A DNA stretch of 62,617 nucleotides, filler included, from Chiloscyllium plagiosum (GCF_004010195.1; 3 parts of one record of this genome joined end to end with filler, not necessarily neighbours in it); one strand, 5' to 3'; numbered from the whole stretch's first letter, positions 13,243 through 26,551 are shown. Notes: generated from the sequence alone by a model not told the origin. Translations and numbers: made by a program.

Positions 13243-13847
13243 AGCAGGGGGATCGAGTTTAAGAGCTACAAGGTTTTACTGCAGCTCTACAAAACCGTGG
13301 TGAGGCCACACTTGGAATATTGTGTCCAGTTCTGGTTGTCCTATTATAGGAAAGATGTAGAGGCTTTGAAGAAGGTGCAAAGGAGGTTTAACAGATTGCT
13401 GCCTGGACTGGAAGGCTTGTCTTACGAGGAGAGGTTGACTGAGCTCGGACTTTCTGGAGAGAAGGAGGAAGAGAGGAGGCCTGATTGAGGTATGCAAGGT
13501 AGAGAGGCATGGATAGAGTCAATAGCCAGAGACTTTTCCCCAGGGCAGGATTGATTGCCATAAAGGGTCATAGGTTTTAGGTGTTAGGAGGAAGGTATAG
13601 AGGAGATGTCAAAGGTAAGTTCTTTATGCAGAGAGTTGTGAATGCATGGAATGCGTTGCCAGTGGTGGTGGTAGAAGCAGAGTCATTAGGGACATTTAAG
13701 TGACTGCTGGACATGCACATGGACAGCAATGAATTGAGGGGAGCGTAGGTTAGATTATATTATTTTAGATTAAGATTAATCCTTGGCACAACATCGTGGG
13801 CTGAAGGGCTGTATTGTGCTGTACTTTTCTATGTTATATGTTCTATG
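13243..13847 (+). mobile_element. CR1 3' portion, (TTCTATG)n subfamily
   Basis: ORF 13297-13488 VRPHLEYCVQFWLSYYRKDVEAL; same subfamily as 16385-18335. Confidence 0.9.
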
Positions 13848-15029
13848 CTGTAAGTACACTTCAAAAATAATTCATTACATGAAACATGTCACTTAGAATG
13901 TTTGAAAGGGTACGATATCTCTCCTTGATGAATAAATCATTGTCTTCAGTGAAGGCAATTTGATGAGAGAAGTAGGAAATAAAGGAAGCAACTATTGACA
14001 GAAAATTCTGGGTATAAAAGGGTGCAGTTTGATGAGGATTTGTTGTATCACTGGATAAGCTTTGATGAATGAGTTGGGATACAGAGAGGCTTTGGTGGAT
14101 GAATTAGGGCTCTGACATTTGATGTACAATGGGCCAAATGACCTTTGCCATCTCACATTTATACTTTGGGCTTCTTCTTGTCAACATTTGAAAGAAATAT
14201 TGCCCATTGATTTTAGATTGTTATTGTGATTTGTTTGGGAACATTTCCTACACTCGGTCAAAGGTTTGAGCACTTCATTTCTTTCCCAGGTCACAAATAT
14301 ATAATCCAGTTTGGAATAATCGACTACCCTACAGTCAGAATAAAGCCACCAAACAATACATCTTTCATCCTTTCTGGTGTATGATGCACATTTGAACACT
14401 TCCAGGATAATATTTGACAAAAGTGCAATGGGTGTTATGTCCTAGTGTCTAGACCAATACGGTTCTCACAACCAGCCCTGCCAAAGTTAATTAATTGTTT
14501 TTTTCATTTCCTTCTCATTTGCAGATGTCTTTGTCGACATGTTCGTCTGTACATGAGCAATCATTCAACTTGAAAGCATTGTATGTGAAGTCATTCAGAT
14601 GTTTCTTTATGACAGAATATAAAAATGCATTATCACTCTATTTATAACTAACTGATACAAATCAGCTTAGAGCATTCCGGTCAGGCTTGACTCTCTCCAG
14701 ATGCCTTGCTGCCCAATTGAAACCCATTTCTCATGATCATTAAAATGCTTCCTATTCATTTTGACTAGACAGATCAAAACTCTATTTGTGCCTAGTCCAT
14801 TGACCTGTCCACTCGAGAGGATATGGTCAATAACCACGGGTTTAAGTAAACATTTCAATTTGTTGTGCTGCAATAGCACCCAGAAACAACTTCCCATAAT
14901 CAGGATCAGCACAGGTTAGGTAATGGTTCCTTTAAATGCCATAGTTTCTGAAAATGTAACTCCCTTTATTCTGCTCCATAAATTAATCAGATTCAGAATA
15001 TCTTCATGTACAGGTTAACAGCAATAAAA

Positions 15030-15335
15030 AAAACCCTGCATTTATATAGCATGTTTAAAATAGTGAAGTATGCTGAAGTGCATGTCACCAAACAACATTT
15101 GACACCAAGTCTGAAAAAAAGTTCCATTTCTCGAACGCCATTCACAATTTCAGGCACCTTAGGACCAAGGAAGCACTGTTACTGGGAAACATGGCAGTCA
15201 AGTGAGCACAGGGACCTCTCACAACCAGCAATATGATAACAACCAGATCAGTGCTGGTTAAATGATAAATATCGAACAAGTCAGTTTGGAGAATTCTGCT
15301 GTTCTCCATGAAAATACAATGATGAGGTTTTAATT
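15030..15335 (-). mobile_element. Ancient DeuSINE (SacSINE1-like)/L2-tail relic
   Basis: TGCATTTATATAGC (reverse-complement L2-type tail) and CACTGTTACTGGGAAACATGGCAGTC...CAGCAATATGATAACAACCAGAT...GATAAATAT...GGAGAATTC matching the recalled Deu-domain consensus. Confidence 0.55.
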
Positions 15336-15734
15336 TGCCCTTGCTAGCCCTCAGAAGAATCACAGAGGAGACAGATCCCAGCAACGCCACATCGCACAAA
15401 GATTTGCAATCTTGCATGAACTCCTGTGGCTCTTTCATTTAGTGAATCTCAGGTTACCGAATAAAGTTCAGGCCTGGTGTTTGATTTGACTTTCAGTTCA
15501 ATGGATGCCGAAACCTGGGAAATCCAGAATCTGGGAATAAAGCTTAATGCCAAACCAATAAGGAACTTCTCCTTAAGGATGGAGATGGATGATATCAGTG
15601 CATAAGATAAGATTCATCACAATCTTCATTGATGAAAACCCAACTCGGCATCACAGATTCCAGTCTTCAGTAAATTCAATTCAGTCCTCGTGATATATAA
15701 AAAATGGTTTGAAGTACTGTGCAAAGACTATGGG

Positions 15735-16362
15735 TCTTAACAACATTCTGGAACTGAAGACTTGTGCTCCAGAACTTACCATGTCCATAGTCAAGCTCTC
15801 CCAGCACAGTTACAACATAGGCATCTACCCAACAATGTGAAAGATTGCCCCGGGACACAAAAAGCAGGGCAATTCCAACCCAGCCAATAACTGCCCCATC
15901 AGCCTACTACAGTGCTATCAAGCAGCACCTGCTCAGCAATAACCTGCTCAGTGACGCCCAGTTTGGGTCCCACCAGGGCCACTCAGCTCCTGACCTCATT
16001 ACAGCCTTGGTTCAAACATGGACAAAAGAGCTGAACTCCAGAGGGGAGGGGAGAGGGACAGCCCTTGACATCAAGGATCCAGAGCAAAACTAGAGTCAGG
16101 TCAGAAGTGGGGACGCTCACTAATGATTGCAGAATGTTCGATAATATTTTTGACTCCTCAGATGCTGAAGCAGTCTATGTTCAAATGCAACAAGATCTGG
16201 ACAATATCCAGGTTTGGACTGACATGTGGCAAATAATGTTCGCACCATACAGGTTCTGGGAAATGACACGTCCCAGAAGAGGGAATCTAACTATTGTCTC
16301 TTGACATTCAATTGCATTACCATCATTGCTTCCCCTACTATCAACATTCTGAGGGTTACAAC
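15735..16362 (+). mobile_element. Second LINE family, RT region (resumes at 19148)
   Basis: ORF 15845-16093 NNLLSDAQFGSHQGHSAPDLITALVQTWTKELNSRGEGRGTALDIK; MQQDLDNIQVWTDMWQIMFAP. Confidence 0.8.
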
Positions 16363-16384
16363 TCATCCATGCCGACCAAGATTC

Positions 16385-18335
16385 CCAAGTTTCTCATCAA
16401 AAGGAAAAAGGCAGCTTACGTAAAGTGGAGGAAGCAAGGATCTAGCACAGCTTTAGTGGATTACAGGCTTGCTAGAAAGGAGCTCAGAAATAGACTGAGG
16501 AGAGCCAGGAGGAGGCACGAAAAAGGCTTGGCAAGAAGGATTAGGGAGAACCCAAAGGCATTTTAATCATGCGTGAGGAGTAAGAGAATGACCAGGGAAG
16601 AGATAGGGCCGATCAGGGATAGTGGAGGGAACTTGTGCGTGGAGTCTCAGCAGATAGGGTTTTTTGCTTTAGTTTTCAAAGGGACCTTGTTGTGAATGAG
16701 AACTTGAGGAGCTGGGATACAGGCTTGAACAGATCAAGATTGATGAAGTTGATGTGCTGGAAATTTTGGCAAAACATTAAGATTGATTAGTCCCCAGGGC
16801 CAGACCAGATTTATCCCAGGCTGCTCTAGGAAATGAGAAAGGAGGTTGCTAAGCCGCTGGCGAGGATCTTTGCCTTCTCACTCTCCACGGGAGTCGTACC
16901 GAAGGATTGGAAGGAGGCGAATGTTGTTCCACTTCTCAGGAAGGGTAATAGGGAAATCCCTGGCAATTACAGACCAGTCCGTCTTACATCTATGGTCAGC
17001 AAAGTTTTGGAAAGAATTCTGAGGAATAAGATTTATGACTATTTGGAAAAGCATAGTATGATTAAAGACAGTCACCATGGCTCTGTGAGGGGCAGGTTAT
17101 GCCTCACAAATCTCATTGAGTTCTTTGAGGACAGGTCAACGAAAGTTGAGCAATGGATGTGGTGTATATGTGGTGTATAAGGTTCCCCATGGTAGGTTCA
17201 TTTATAAAGGCAAGAAGTATGGGATATAGGGAGATTTGGCTACCTGGATTCAGAATTGGCTGGCTGACAGAAGACAGAGAGTGGTTGAACATGGAAATGG
17301 TTGAACATGGAAAGTATTCTGCCTGGAGGTCAGTGTTGAGTGGGATCCCGCAGGGGTCTGTTCTTGGGCCGCTGCTCTTCGTAGTTTTTCTAAATGACTT
17401 GGTTGAGGAGGTTGAGGGGTGGGTTAGTAAATTAGCCGATGACACAAAGATTGGAGGTGCCATTGATAGTATTGAGGGCTGTTGCAGGCTGCAGCACAAC
17501 AGACAGGATGCAGAGCTGGGCTGAGAAATGGCAAATGGAGTTCAACCTGGATAAGTGTGAAGTGATGCATTTTGGAAGGTCGAACTGGAATGCTGAATAT
17601 AGGAATAAAGAAGGAATTCTTGGCACTGTGGAGGAACAGAGGGATCTTGGTCTTCAAGTACATAGATCCCTCAAAGTTGCCATACAATTGGATAGGATTG
17701 TTAAGAAAGCATATGGTGTACTGGCTAACATGGGGATTGAGTGTAAGAGCTGCAAGGTTTTGCTACAGCTCTACAAGTCCCTGGTGAGACCACACTTGGA
17801 ATATTGTGTCCAGTTCTGGTCGCCCTACTATAGGAAAGATACAGAGGCTTTGGAGAGGGTGCAAAGAAGGTTTACCAGGATGCTGCTTGAACTGGAGGGC
17901 TTGCCTTCTGAAGAGAGGTTTACTAAGCTCTGACTTTTCTCTCCAGAGAGAAGGAGGAAGAGAGGTGACCTGATCAAGGTACACAAGATAATGAGAAGAA
18001 TGGATAGAATCAATAGCCAGAGACACTTCCCCAGGGCAGGATTGACTGGCACGAAGGGTCATAGTTTTAAGATATTAGGAGAAAGGTATAGAGGGGATGT
18101 TAGAGGTAGGCTCTTTACGCAGAGAGTTGTGAATGCATGGAATGCGTTGCCAGCTGTGGTGGTGGAAGCAGAGTCATTAGGGACATTTAAGTGACTGCTG
18201 GGCATGCACATGGATAGCAGTGAATTGAGGGATGCGTAAGTTATTTTATTTTACATTAGGATTAATGCTCCGCACAACTTCATGGGCCAAAGGGCCTGTT
18301 CTGTGCTGTGCGTTTCTATGTTCTCTGGTCTATGT
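16385..18335 (+). mobile_element. CR1 LINE, ~1.9 kb 5'-truncated, frameshifted RT
   Basis: DWKEANVVPL, GNYRPVRLTS, SGIPQGSVLGPLLF, KLADDTK, LVRPHLEYCVQFWSP; TTCTATG tail. Confidence 0.92.
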
Positions 18336-18339
18336 TTTG

Positions 18340-19140
18340 AACTCAGCCCCATTTGCTTGCTTCAGGCCCATATCCCTCTAAACCTTTCCTAGTCCTGTCC
18401 AAATGTCTTTTAAATATTGTAACTGCACCTGCATCTACCATTTTCTCTGGCAGTTCATTTCACATACAGACAACTCTCTGTGTGAAAGAATTCCCCTCAG
18501 GTACTTTGTATGTTTATTGATAGGACCCTGGGCAGTGTTGTCGAACAAAGAGACCCCGGGGTTCAGGTACAGAGTTCTTTGAAAGTTGTATTACAGGTAG
18601 ACACGGTGGTTAAGAAGGTGTGTAACACACTTGCTTTCATTTTTCAGATCATTGTGCATAGGAGGTGAAACATTGTGTTGAGGTTGTACAGGATGTTGGT
18701 GAGGCCATTTGTGGAGTACTGTACACAGTTCTGCTATAGGGAGGATATTATTAAATTAGAGAGGGTTCCAGAAAGGTTTGCCAGGATATTGCTGGGAGTG
18801 AAGGATTTGACTTATAAGGAGGCACTGGATGGAATATAGAACATTACAGCGCAGTACAGGCCTTCAGCCCTTCCTGTTGCGGCAATCTGTGAAACTAATC
18901 TGAAGCCCATCTACTCTACAGTACTCCATTTTCACCTACATGCCTATCCAATGACCATTTAAATGCCCTTAAATAGGCTTAGACCTTTTTCTCTTGATCG
19001 TAGGAGGTTGAGGGATGACACTATAGAGACTTATAAAATCATGAGGGGCATAGATAAGGTGAATAGCAAAGTCTTTTCCCTCGGGTGGGGAAGTTCAAAA
19101 CCTGGAGGTATATTTTTACGGTGAGAGGAGAAAGACTGAA
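18340..19140. mobile_element. Cluster of CR1 fragments (minus 18340-18500; plus ~18510-19140 with a minus CR1 tail inserted at ~18835-18972)
   Basis: LVRPFVEYCTQF; reverse tail TAGAACATTACAGCGCAGTACAGGCCTTCAGCCC. Confidence 0.7.
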
Positions 19141-19147
19141 AAAAAAA

Positions 19148-19622
19148 AGATCAGAGGCTAGGAACCCTGCAGCAAGTAACCCAACCCACTGACTCCCAAA
19201 ACCTGTCCATCATCTACAAAGTACAAATTAGGAGTGTGATGGAATACAAACATCTATTCCCTCCACCAATGACGCTCAGTAGTAGCAGTGTGCACTATCT
19301 ACAAGGTGCACTGCAGAAATTCATCAAGGCTCCTTCAGACAGCACCTTCCAAAACCACAACCATTTTCATCTCGAGGGAGAAGGGCAGCAGATACATGTG
19401 AATAACTCCACCTGTAATTTGTCCTCCAAGCCACTCACCATCCTGACATAGAAATGCATGCTGTTCCTTCAATGATGCTGGAATTCCTTCCCTAATGGCA
19501 TTGTGGGTCAACCTACTGCCAATGGTTCAAGAAGGCAGCTCACCCCCACCTTCTCAAGGGCAGCTAAGGTTGGGTAATACATGCTGGCCCAGACGGTGAT
19601 GCCCATGTTCCATGAATAAAGA
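19148..19622 (+). mobile_element. Second LINE family, 3' end (continuation of 15735-16362)
   Basis: LSIIYKVQIRSVMEY motif; tail TTCAAGAAGGCAGCTCACCCCCACCTTCTCAAGGGC...CATGAATAAA. Confidence 0.75.
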
Positions 19623-20403
19623 CAAAAGTTGCAAACAAAGCTTTAGGTTAAAAGTGACAGAGAATCTTTAACAAAGTGAAATGATTTTTTTTTGGAAACC
19701 ACTGCTATGATGGCAGAGTAGGAAGAGGGATGACGAAGAGAAAGTTTTCGGGGAGGATCTGTGAGTAATCCGTTTGGAAAACGGGTCTGAGCACATTTGT
19801 GGAATTCCCAAAGTTACATTGGAATTGATTTGAGGCCACTTTACCTACCTCTGGTCTGACTTCAGGCCCTTGGTCCATCAATTGCTGGATATCCCTATGG
19901 GACCTCAGGCAATAACTGAGAATCAATGGCTGCATCTGTCAGCTGTATATAACATTACTGGAAAGCCGGTTGTCGGAAAGTGAGGGCACAAGGATCTTTC
20001 CCAGAGGCAGCTTTTAGCGAAGTGGCTAATTCCCTTTTGTCCATTTTCTCACTCCCAGTCTCACTTAACGTGCCCTATGGTACACAAATTGAGCTGCACA
20101 GGCCCAATCGATTTCTGTCTAAGTCAGCATCTTCTTCCAAGTGACATGCAGGGAAAGAGCTCATTCAATAGAGCTGGCAAAGCCTTCACTGTAATCAGGG
20201 TACATGGACTGGTCACTGTACAGGCGGCCATTTGGCCCATCATGTCTGTTCTGGCCCTGAGTAAGTTCTTTTGATTCTGCACCTGAAGTGTGAAGACACA
20301 GACCAATTAGCCATGGGCATACATACCTCCTCTTTTTTGAATGCCTCTTAAAAGCTACCTCTTTAATCAAACTTTCTCTATGTGTCAGATTTTGTTTGAT
20401 AAT

Positions 20404-20550
20404 TGGGGTGACATGGTAGCTCAAGGGTTAGCGCTGCTGCCTCATAGCACCAGGGAGCTGGGTTTGTTTCCAGCCTTGAGTGAATGTTTGTCTGGAGTTT
20501 GTAGATTCTACCTCGTGTTTGTGTGGGTTTCCTCCCAAAGTCCAAAGATA
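20404..20550 (+). mobile_element. HE1-type SINE 5' half
   Basis: GGTAGCTCAAGGGTTAGCGCTGCTGCCTCATAGCACCAGGGA...GGGTTTCCTCCCAAAGTCCAAAGAT. Confidence 0.75.
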
Positions 20551-20559
20551 TGTAAGGAA

Positions 20560-23511
20560 TAGACAGGATAGATGGGGGGCATCCTTAGAAGAGTATAAAG
20601 GCAGTAGGAGTAAGAGGGAAATCAGGAGGGCAAAGAGGGGAACATGCGATAGCTTTGGCAAATAGAGTTAAGGAGAATCCAAAGGATATTTACAAATACA
20701 TTAAGGACAAAAGGGTAACTAGGGAGACAACAGGGTCCCTCAAAGGTCAGCAAGGCGGCCTTTGTGTGGAGCTGCAGAAAATGGGGGAGATGCTAAACGA
20801 GTATTTTGCATCAGCATTTACTGTGGAAAAGGATATGGAAGATATAGAATGTAGCAAAACAGATGGTGACATCTTGCAAAATGTCCATATTACAGAGGAG
20901 GGAGTGCTAGATGTCTTGAAACACATAAAGGTGGATAAATCCCCAGGACTTGATCAGGTGTACCCTAGAACTCTGTGGGAAGCTAGAGAAGTGATTGCTG
21001 GACCTCTTGCTGAGATATTTGTATCATCGATAGTCACAGGTGAGGTGCTAGAAGACTGGAGGTTGGCAAACGTGGTGCTACTGTTTAAGGAGGGTGGTAA
21101 GGACAAGCCAGGGAATGACAGACCAGTGAGCCTGACCTCGGTGGTGGGCAAGTTGTTGGAGGGAATCCTGAGGGACAGGATGTACATGTATTTGGAAAGG
21201 CAAGGAATGATTCGGGATAGTCAACATGGCTTTGTGCGTGGGAAATCATGTCTCACAAACTTGATTGAGTTTTTAAAAGAAGTAACAAAGAGGATTGATA
21301 AGGGCAGAGCGGTAGATGTGATCTATATGGACTTTAGTAAGGCTTTTGACAAGGTTCCCGATGGGAGACTGGTTAGCAAGGTTAGATCTCACGGAATACA
21401 GGGAGAACTATCCATTTGGATACAGAACTAGCTCAAAGGTAGAAGACACAGGGTGGTGGTGGAGGGTTGTTTTTCAGACAGGAGGCCTGTGACCAGTGGG
21501 GTGCCACAAGGATTGGTGCTGGGCCCACTACTCTTTGTCATTTACAAACATGATCTGGTTGTGAGAATAAGAGGTACAGTTAGTAAGTTTGCAGATGACA
21601 CCAGAATTTGAGGTGTAGTGGACAGCAAAGAAGGTTACCTCAGATTACAAGATCTTGACTAGATGGGCTGAGAAGTGGCAGATGGAGTTTAATTCAGATA
21701 AATGCAAGGTGCTGCATTTTGGGAAAGCAAATCTTAGCAGGACTTATACACTTATACACTTTGAGGATGTAACTCTGAAGATGGACAAGGGAGATCCAGT
21801 GGATGTAGTGTACCTGGACTTTCAGAAAGCCTTTGATAAAGTTCCACATAGGAGGTTAGTGAGCAAAATTAGGCCGCATGGTATTGAGGGCAAAGTACTA
21901 ACTTGGATTGAAAGTTGGTTGGCTGATAGGAAACAAAGAGTAGTGATAAGCGGCTCCCTTTCGGAATGGCAGGCGGTGACCAGTGGGGTACCACAGCAAT
22001 CAGTGCTGGGACCGCAGCTTTTTACAATATATATTAATGATATAGAAGATAGTATTAATAGTAACATTAGCAAATTTGCTGATGATACAAAGCTGGGTGG
22101 CAGGGTGAAATGTGAGGAGGATGTTAGGAGAATACAGGGTGACCTGGACAGGCTAGGTGAGTGGACAGATGCATGGCAGATGCAGTTAAATGTGGATAAA
22201 TGTGTGGTTACCCACTTTGGTGGCAAGAACAGGAAGGCAGATTACACCTAAATGGAGTCAAGTTAGGTAAAGGGGCAGTACAAAGAGATCTGGGTGATCT
22301 GGTACACCAGTCAATGAAGGCAAGCATGCAGGTACAGCAGGTAGTGAAGAAAGCTAATAGCATGCTGGCCTTCATAACAAGAGGGATTGAGTATAGAAGC
22401 AAAGAGGTTCTTCTGCAGCTGTACAGGGCCCTGGTGAGACCACACCTGGAATATTGCATGTTTCTGCTGATGGGTGAGTCCCGAACCAGAGGACACAGAT
22501 TAAAAATAAGGGGTAGGCCATTTAGGACAGAGATGAGGAGAAACTTCTTCACCCAGAGAGTGGTGGGTGTGTGGAATGCTCTGCCCCAGAGGGCAGTGGA
22601 GGCCCAGTCTCTGGATTAGTTTAAGAAAGGGTTGGATAGAGCTCTCAAGGGTAGTGGAATCAAGGGTTATGGAGATAAGGCAGGAACAGGATACTCATTA
22701 AGGATCAGCCATGATCATAATGAATGGTGGTGCAGGCTCGAAGGGCAGAATGGCCAACTCCTGCACCTATTGTCTATTGTCTATTGTCTTAATGGTGAGG
22801 TCCGAGGGAGTGTTGCTGAACAAAGACACTTGGAGTGCAGTTCATAACTCCTTGAAAGTGGTGTCTCAGGTAGATAGGATAGTGAAGAAGATATTTGGTA
22901 TGCTTTCTTTACAGGAGTTGGGAGGTCATGTTGCGGCTGTACAGGACGTTGGTTAGGCCATTGTTGGAATATTGTGTGCAAGTCTGGTCTCCTTCCTATT
23001 GGAAAGATGTTGTGAAATTTGAAAGGGTTCAGAAAAGAATTACAAGGATGTTGCCAGGGTTGGAGGATTTGAGCTATGGGGGAAGCTGAAGAGGATGGGG
23101 CTGTTTTCCCTGGAGCGTTGGAGGTTGAGGGGTGACCTTATAGAAGTTTACAAAATCAGGAGGGGCATGGATAGGATAAATAGACAAAGTCTTTTCCCTG
23201 AGATCGGGCAGTCCAGAACTAGAGGGCACAGGTTTAGGGTGAGAGGGGAAAGATTTAAAAGAGACCCAAGGGGCAATCTTTTCACGCAGAAGGTGGGACG
23301 AGTATGGAATGAGCTGCCAGAGGAAGTGGTGGAGGCTGGTACAATTGCAACATTTAAGAGGCATTTGGATGGGCATATGAATAGGAAGGGTTTGGAGGGA
23401 TATAGTCTTGGTGCTGGCAGGTGGTTCTTCATTGTGTTGGGATATCTGGTCGGCATGGACGGGTTGGACCGAAGGGTCTGTTTCCATGCTGTACGTCTCT
23501 ATGACTCTATG
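20560..23511 (+). mobile_element. CR1 LINE (~1.9 kb own sequence) interrupted by a second CR1
   Basis: ORF 20655-21431 with KSPGLD, RPVSLTSVVGK, QHGFVRGKSCLTNL, YMDFSKAFDKV; resumes at 22788 (CTTAATGGTGAGG) and ends with a CTCTATGA tail. Confidence 0.92.
21754..22787 (+). mobile_element. Nested CR1 of a different subfamily with an internal deletion
   Basis: YLDFQKAFDKVPH, SGVPQQSVLGP, KFADDTK; jump EYC|MFLLMGE at ~22457; (CTATTGT)n tail. Confidence 0.9.
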
Positions 23512-23864
23512 TGCAAATTAAGTGGATTGGCCATGCTACAGTGCTTAGAATATCCAGGGATGTGCAGGCTAGGAGGATTGGCCAATGGAAATGCAAGGTT
23601 ACAGGAACAAGGTGGTGGGGTGGTGTGGGGGGTAGGTCTGGCTGAGAGTCATTGTGGACTTTCGCACTATAGTGATTCTATGAATCTAATTACTCTTGTG
23701 AAGCTTTATTGCAAAGATTTTGTACATTATTTGAAGGTTTATTCAATCGGTACCTAGAATGAGCCGATTGTTTTATGAGGGTGGGTTGAACCTATTGTTG
23801 TTTCCACTGGTGTTTAGAAGAGTGAGGAATGACTTGTTGGAAGTGTATTGTATTACAGAATTCT

Positions 23865-24215
23865 CTGCAGTATCCTCCCATCCTGGCACCTTCCCCTGCC
23901 ACCGCAGGAATTGCAAAACCTGCGCCCACACCTCCTCCCTCACCTCCATCCAAGGCCCTAAACGAACCTTCCACATCCATCAAAGTTTGACCTGCACATC
24001 CACTAATGTCATTTATTGTATCCGTTGCTCCCGATGCGGTCTCCTCTACATTGGGGAGACTGGATGCATCCTAGCAGAGCGCTTTAGGGAACATCTCCGG
24101 GACACCCACACCAATCAACCACACCGCCATGTGGCCCAACATTTCAATTCCCCCTCCCACTCTGCCAAGGACATGGAGGTCCTGGGCCTCTTTCACCGCC
24201 GCTCCCTCACCACCA
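23865..24215 (+). mobile_element. Penelope-like element, Zn-finger + GIY-YIG endonuclease fragment
   Basis: GTFPCHRRNCKTC...NVIYCIRCSRCGLLYIGETG...RFREH...VAQHFNSPSH. Confidence 0.9.
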
Positions 24216-24315
24216 NNNNNNNNNNNNNNNNNNNNNNNNNNNNNNNNNNNNNNNNNNNNTTAATTAATTAANNNNNNNNNNNNNNNNNNNNNNNNNNNNN
24301 NNNNNNNNNNNNNNN
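24216..24315. other. Artificial scaffold linker (N44-TTAATTAATTAA-N44)
   Basis: Exactly 100 bp; six-frame-stop 12-mer centred in Ns; identical copy at 51051-51150. Confidence 0.9.
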
Positions 24316-24500
24316 CTCCGGGTGCTCCGGTTTCCTCCCACAGTCCAAAGATGTGCAGGTCAGGTGAGTTGGCCATGCTAAATTGCCCGTAGTGTTAGGT
24401 AAGGGGTAAATGTAGGGGTCTGGGTGGTTTGCGCTTCGGCGGGTCGGTGTGGACTTGTTGGGCCGAAGGGCCTGTTTCCACACTGTAATCTAATCTAATC
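24316..24500 (+). mobile_element. HE1-type SINE 3' half, young
   Basis: CTCCGGGTGCTCCGGTTTCCTCCCACAGTCCAAAGATGTGCAGG...GGGCCGAAGGGCCTGTTTCCACACTG(TAATC)n. Confidence 0.9.
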
Positions 24501-24804
24501 GTTTTCCCCGGATTAGGGAATTGAGGATTACAGCGCATCAGAATATGGTTAGAGGGGAAAAAATAAAAGGGAACCTGAGGGACAACTTTTTTTCATAGAG
24601 GGTGGTGCGCATATGGAATGAGCTGACAGCAGTAGTAGTTGATTACAGATAAATTAACAGTATTTAAAAGGCATTTGGACAAATACTTGGATAGGAAAGG
24701 ATTACAAGGATATGGGCCAAGTGCAGGGAAATGGGGTTGGCGTGGACAGACATTTGGACCAGTTTGGGCGAAAGGGCCTGTCTCTATGACTCTCTATGAC
24801 TCTC
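24501..24804 (+). mobile_element. CR1 3' end
   Basis: FKRHLDKYLDRKGLQGYGP; (CTCTATGA)n tail. Confidence 0.8.
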
Positions 24805-25635
24805 AGTTTCTTGAAACTCTATCTTTGTGACGCTGTTCCAATTCTTCTCTCCAACCTTGGCAATAACTATAGTGGCATCTGGAACTCTTTGATTTGATTC
24901 ATTAGCATCACATGTACCTAGGTAGTGCATATGGGCAGATAGGGACAACCTGTTTGCGTATCGAAAAGGAAAATTAATGAGTGGGTATTGATCCAAAGTG
25001 ATGAATAAGTGAAGCAAGAATGATGTGACTTTTCACACAGTGAGTCGTTTGGGAATGAAATGCACTTAACGTGATGTAGCTTCAACTGAAGCATTCAAGA
25101 GGGCATCGCATAATAATTTGGATAGAAATGGCACAGGGACATGGGTAGGAAGAAGATTGGCACTAGATAATAAAATCAGGGCAGGTACAATGGGCAGAAT
25201 GGCCTCTTTCTGCAGGTGAAAATTCTCTGATTCTATGAAAAATGCATCTTTTTTTACATGGGCTGTTGAAGGATATGGAGCAAAGGAAGTTAAATTAAGC
25301 CGAGACATAGACCAACCATCAGTTGAATAGTGGAACAGGTTAAAGAGCTGAATGGTCTCCTCTTACATACAAATGTACAAATTAAGAGCAGACAAGGGCC
25401 ATTTTGCTTCTCGAGTCTACTTCACCATTCGATAAGATCACGGTTGATCTGACTGTAACCTTAACTACCAAATACACCTGTCTAACTCTGCTTTAAATAT
25501 ACTTCAATACATTTATATCCTAAAGGGGAGGCAACGATCAGTGGCATTATCGCTGGACTGTCAAACAAGTCTTATGATACGGAAGTGAACCCCTCTGTTA
25601 ATTAAACCAAACACCCAGAAAACCTCAACTGCCTT

Positions 25636-26312
25636 GTTTTGGAGATGCTGGTGGTGGACTGGGTTGTACAAAGTTAAAAATCACACAACATTAGGTTATA
25701 GTCCAACTGATTTATTTGGAAGCACTAGCTTTCGGAGCACTGCTCCTTCATCAGGTGGTAGTGTAGTACACAATTGTAAGACACGGGGTTTACAGTGTGA
25801 TGTAACTGAAATTATACATTGAAATTATACATTGATCGTGTTAAGTTTCTCATCTGTTAAAATGACCATGTTAGTTTCACTTCTTTCATATGAAAATCAC
25901 AAACATTTTTTTTAAAAGTTACATTCTCAGGTTAACTTTAACAATTGGTGTCAGCCCAGATAATGTGTTGAAGGTGCTCACCAGCTGTGTGCTGTTGTCT
26001 GTGCCTCAATGTTTAGACCTATTCCAATCTAAAAAATGAGTTAACAGTCTTACATGGATACATGCAGCTTTTGAGCAAAGTACAATGTAACTATGCAAGT
26101 ACAAAATCACCCCACAAACGTGTGTGTGTGTGTGTTTTTGGTGGTCACCTGTAGTGTGACATGAACCCAAAAATGAGGCCATCCCCATAGGTACCGAACT
26201 TGGCTATCAGCCTCTGCTTGGCCACTTTTCGTTGCTGCCTGTCCCGAAGTCTGCCCTGGAGGATGGTCACCCGAAGGCCCAAGATCGAATGTCCTGGACC
26301 GCTGAAGTGATC
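25636..26312 (-). mobile_element. Penelope-like element 3' part (family B): GIY-YIG C-terminus + terminal repeat
   Basis: Minus strand HFSGPGHS..LRVTILQG..RQQRKVAKQRLIAKFGT; family B repeat at 25636-25756; flanking CTGCCTTGT duplication. Confidence 0.75.
25719..25754 (-). ncRNA. Minimal hammerhead ribozyme motif (family B)
   Basis: CTGATGA-A-GGAGC-agt-GCTCC-GAAA-GC-tagt-GC-TTC on the minus strand. Confidence 0.7.
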
Positions 26313-26551
26313 TTTGTACACCTGCCTTGTAATCTGTTAAAATATGAGTGACCGAGAACTCCCAAATTCCACTATCTAAAGACAATAACATCTTTTTTTA
26401 AACTGTAAAACTCTGAGCACCCACTTTGTCTTAACTGCTTCTTACCTGCCTCCAACTCTATTACAACATGCTGTTCCAATAGGACACTTATTAAAATTGC
26501 ATCAATATAATTTCAAAACCTCACAGCTGCTGTTGTATTCTGTGTCTTTTC

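Noticed and set aside
20655..22619. Intact active CR1 ORF2 or host gene
   Set aside because: Two nested 5'-truncated copies with stops, frameshifts and an internal deletion.
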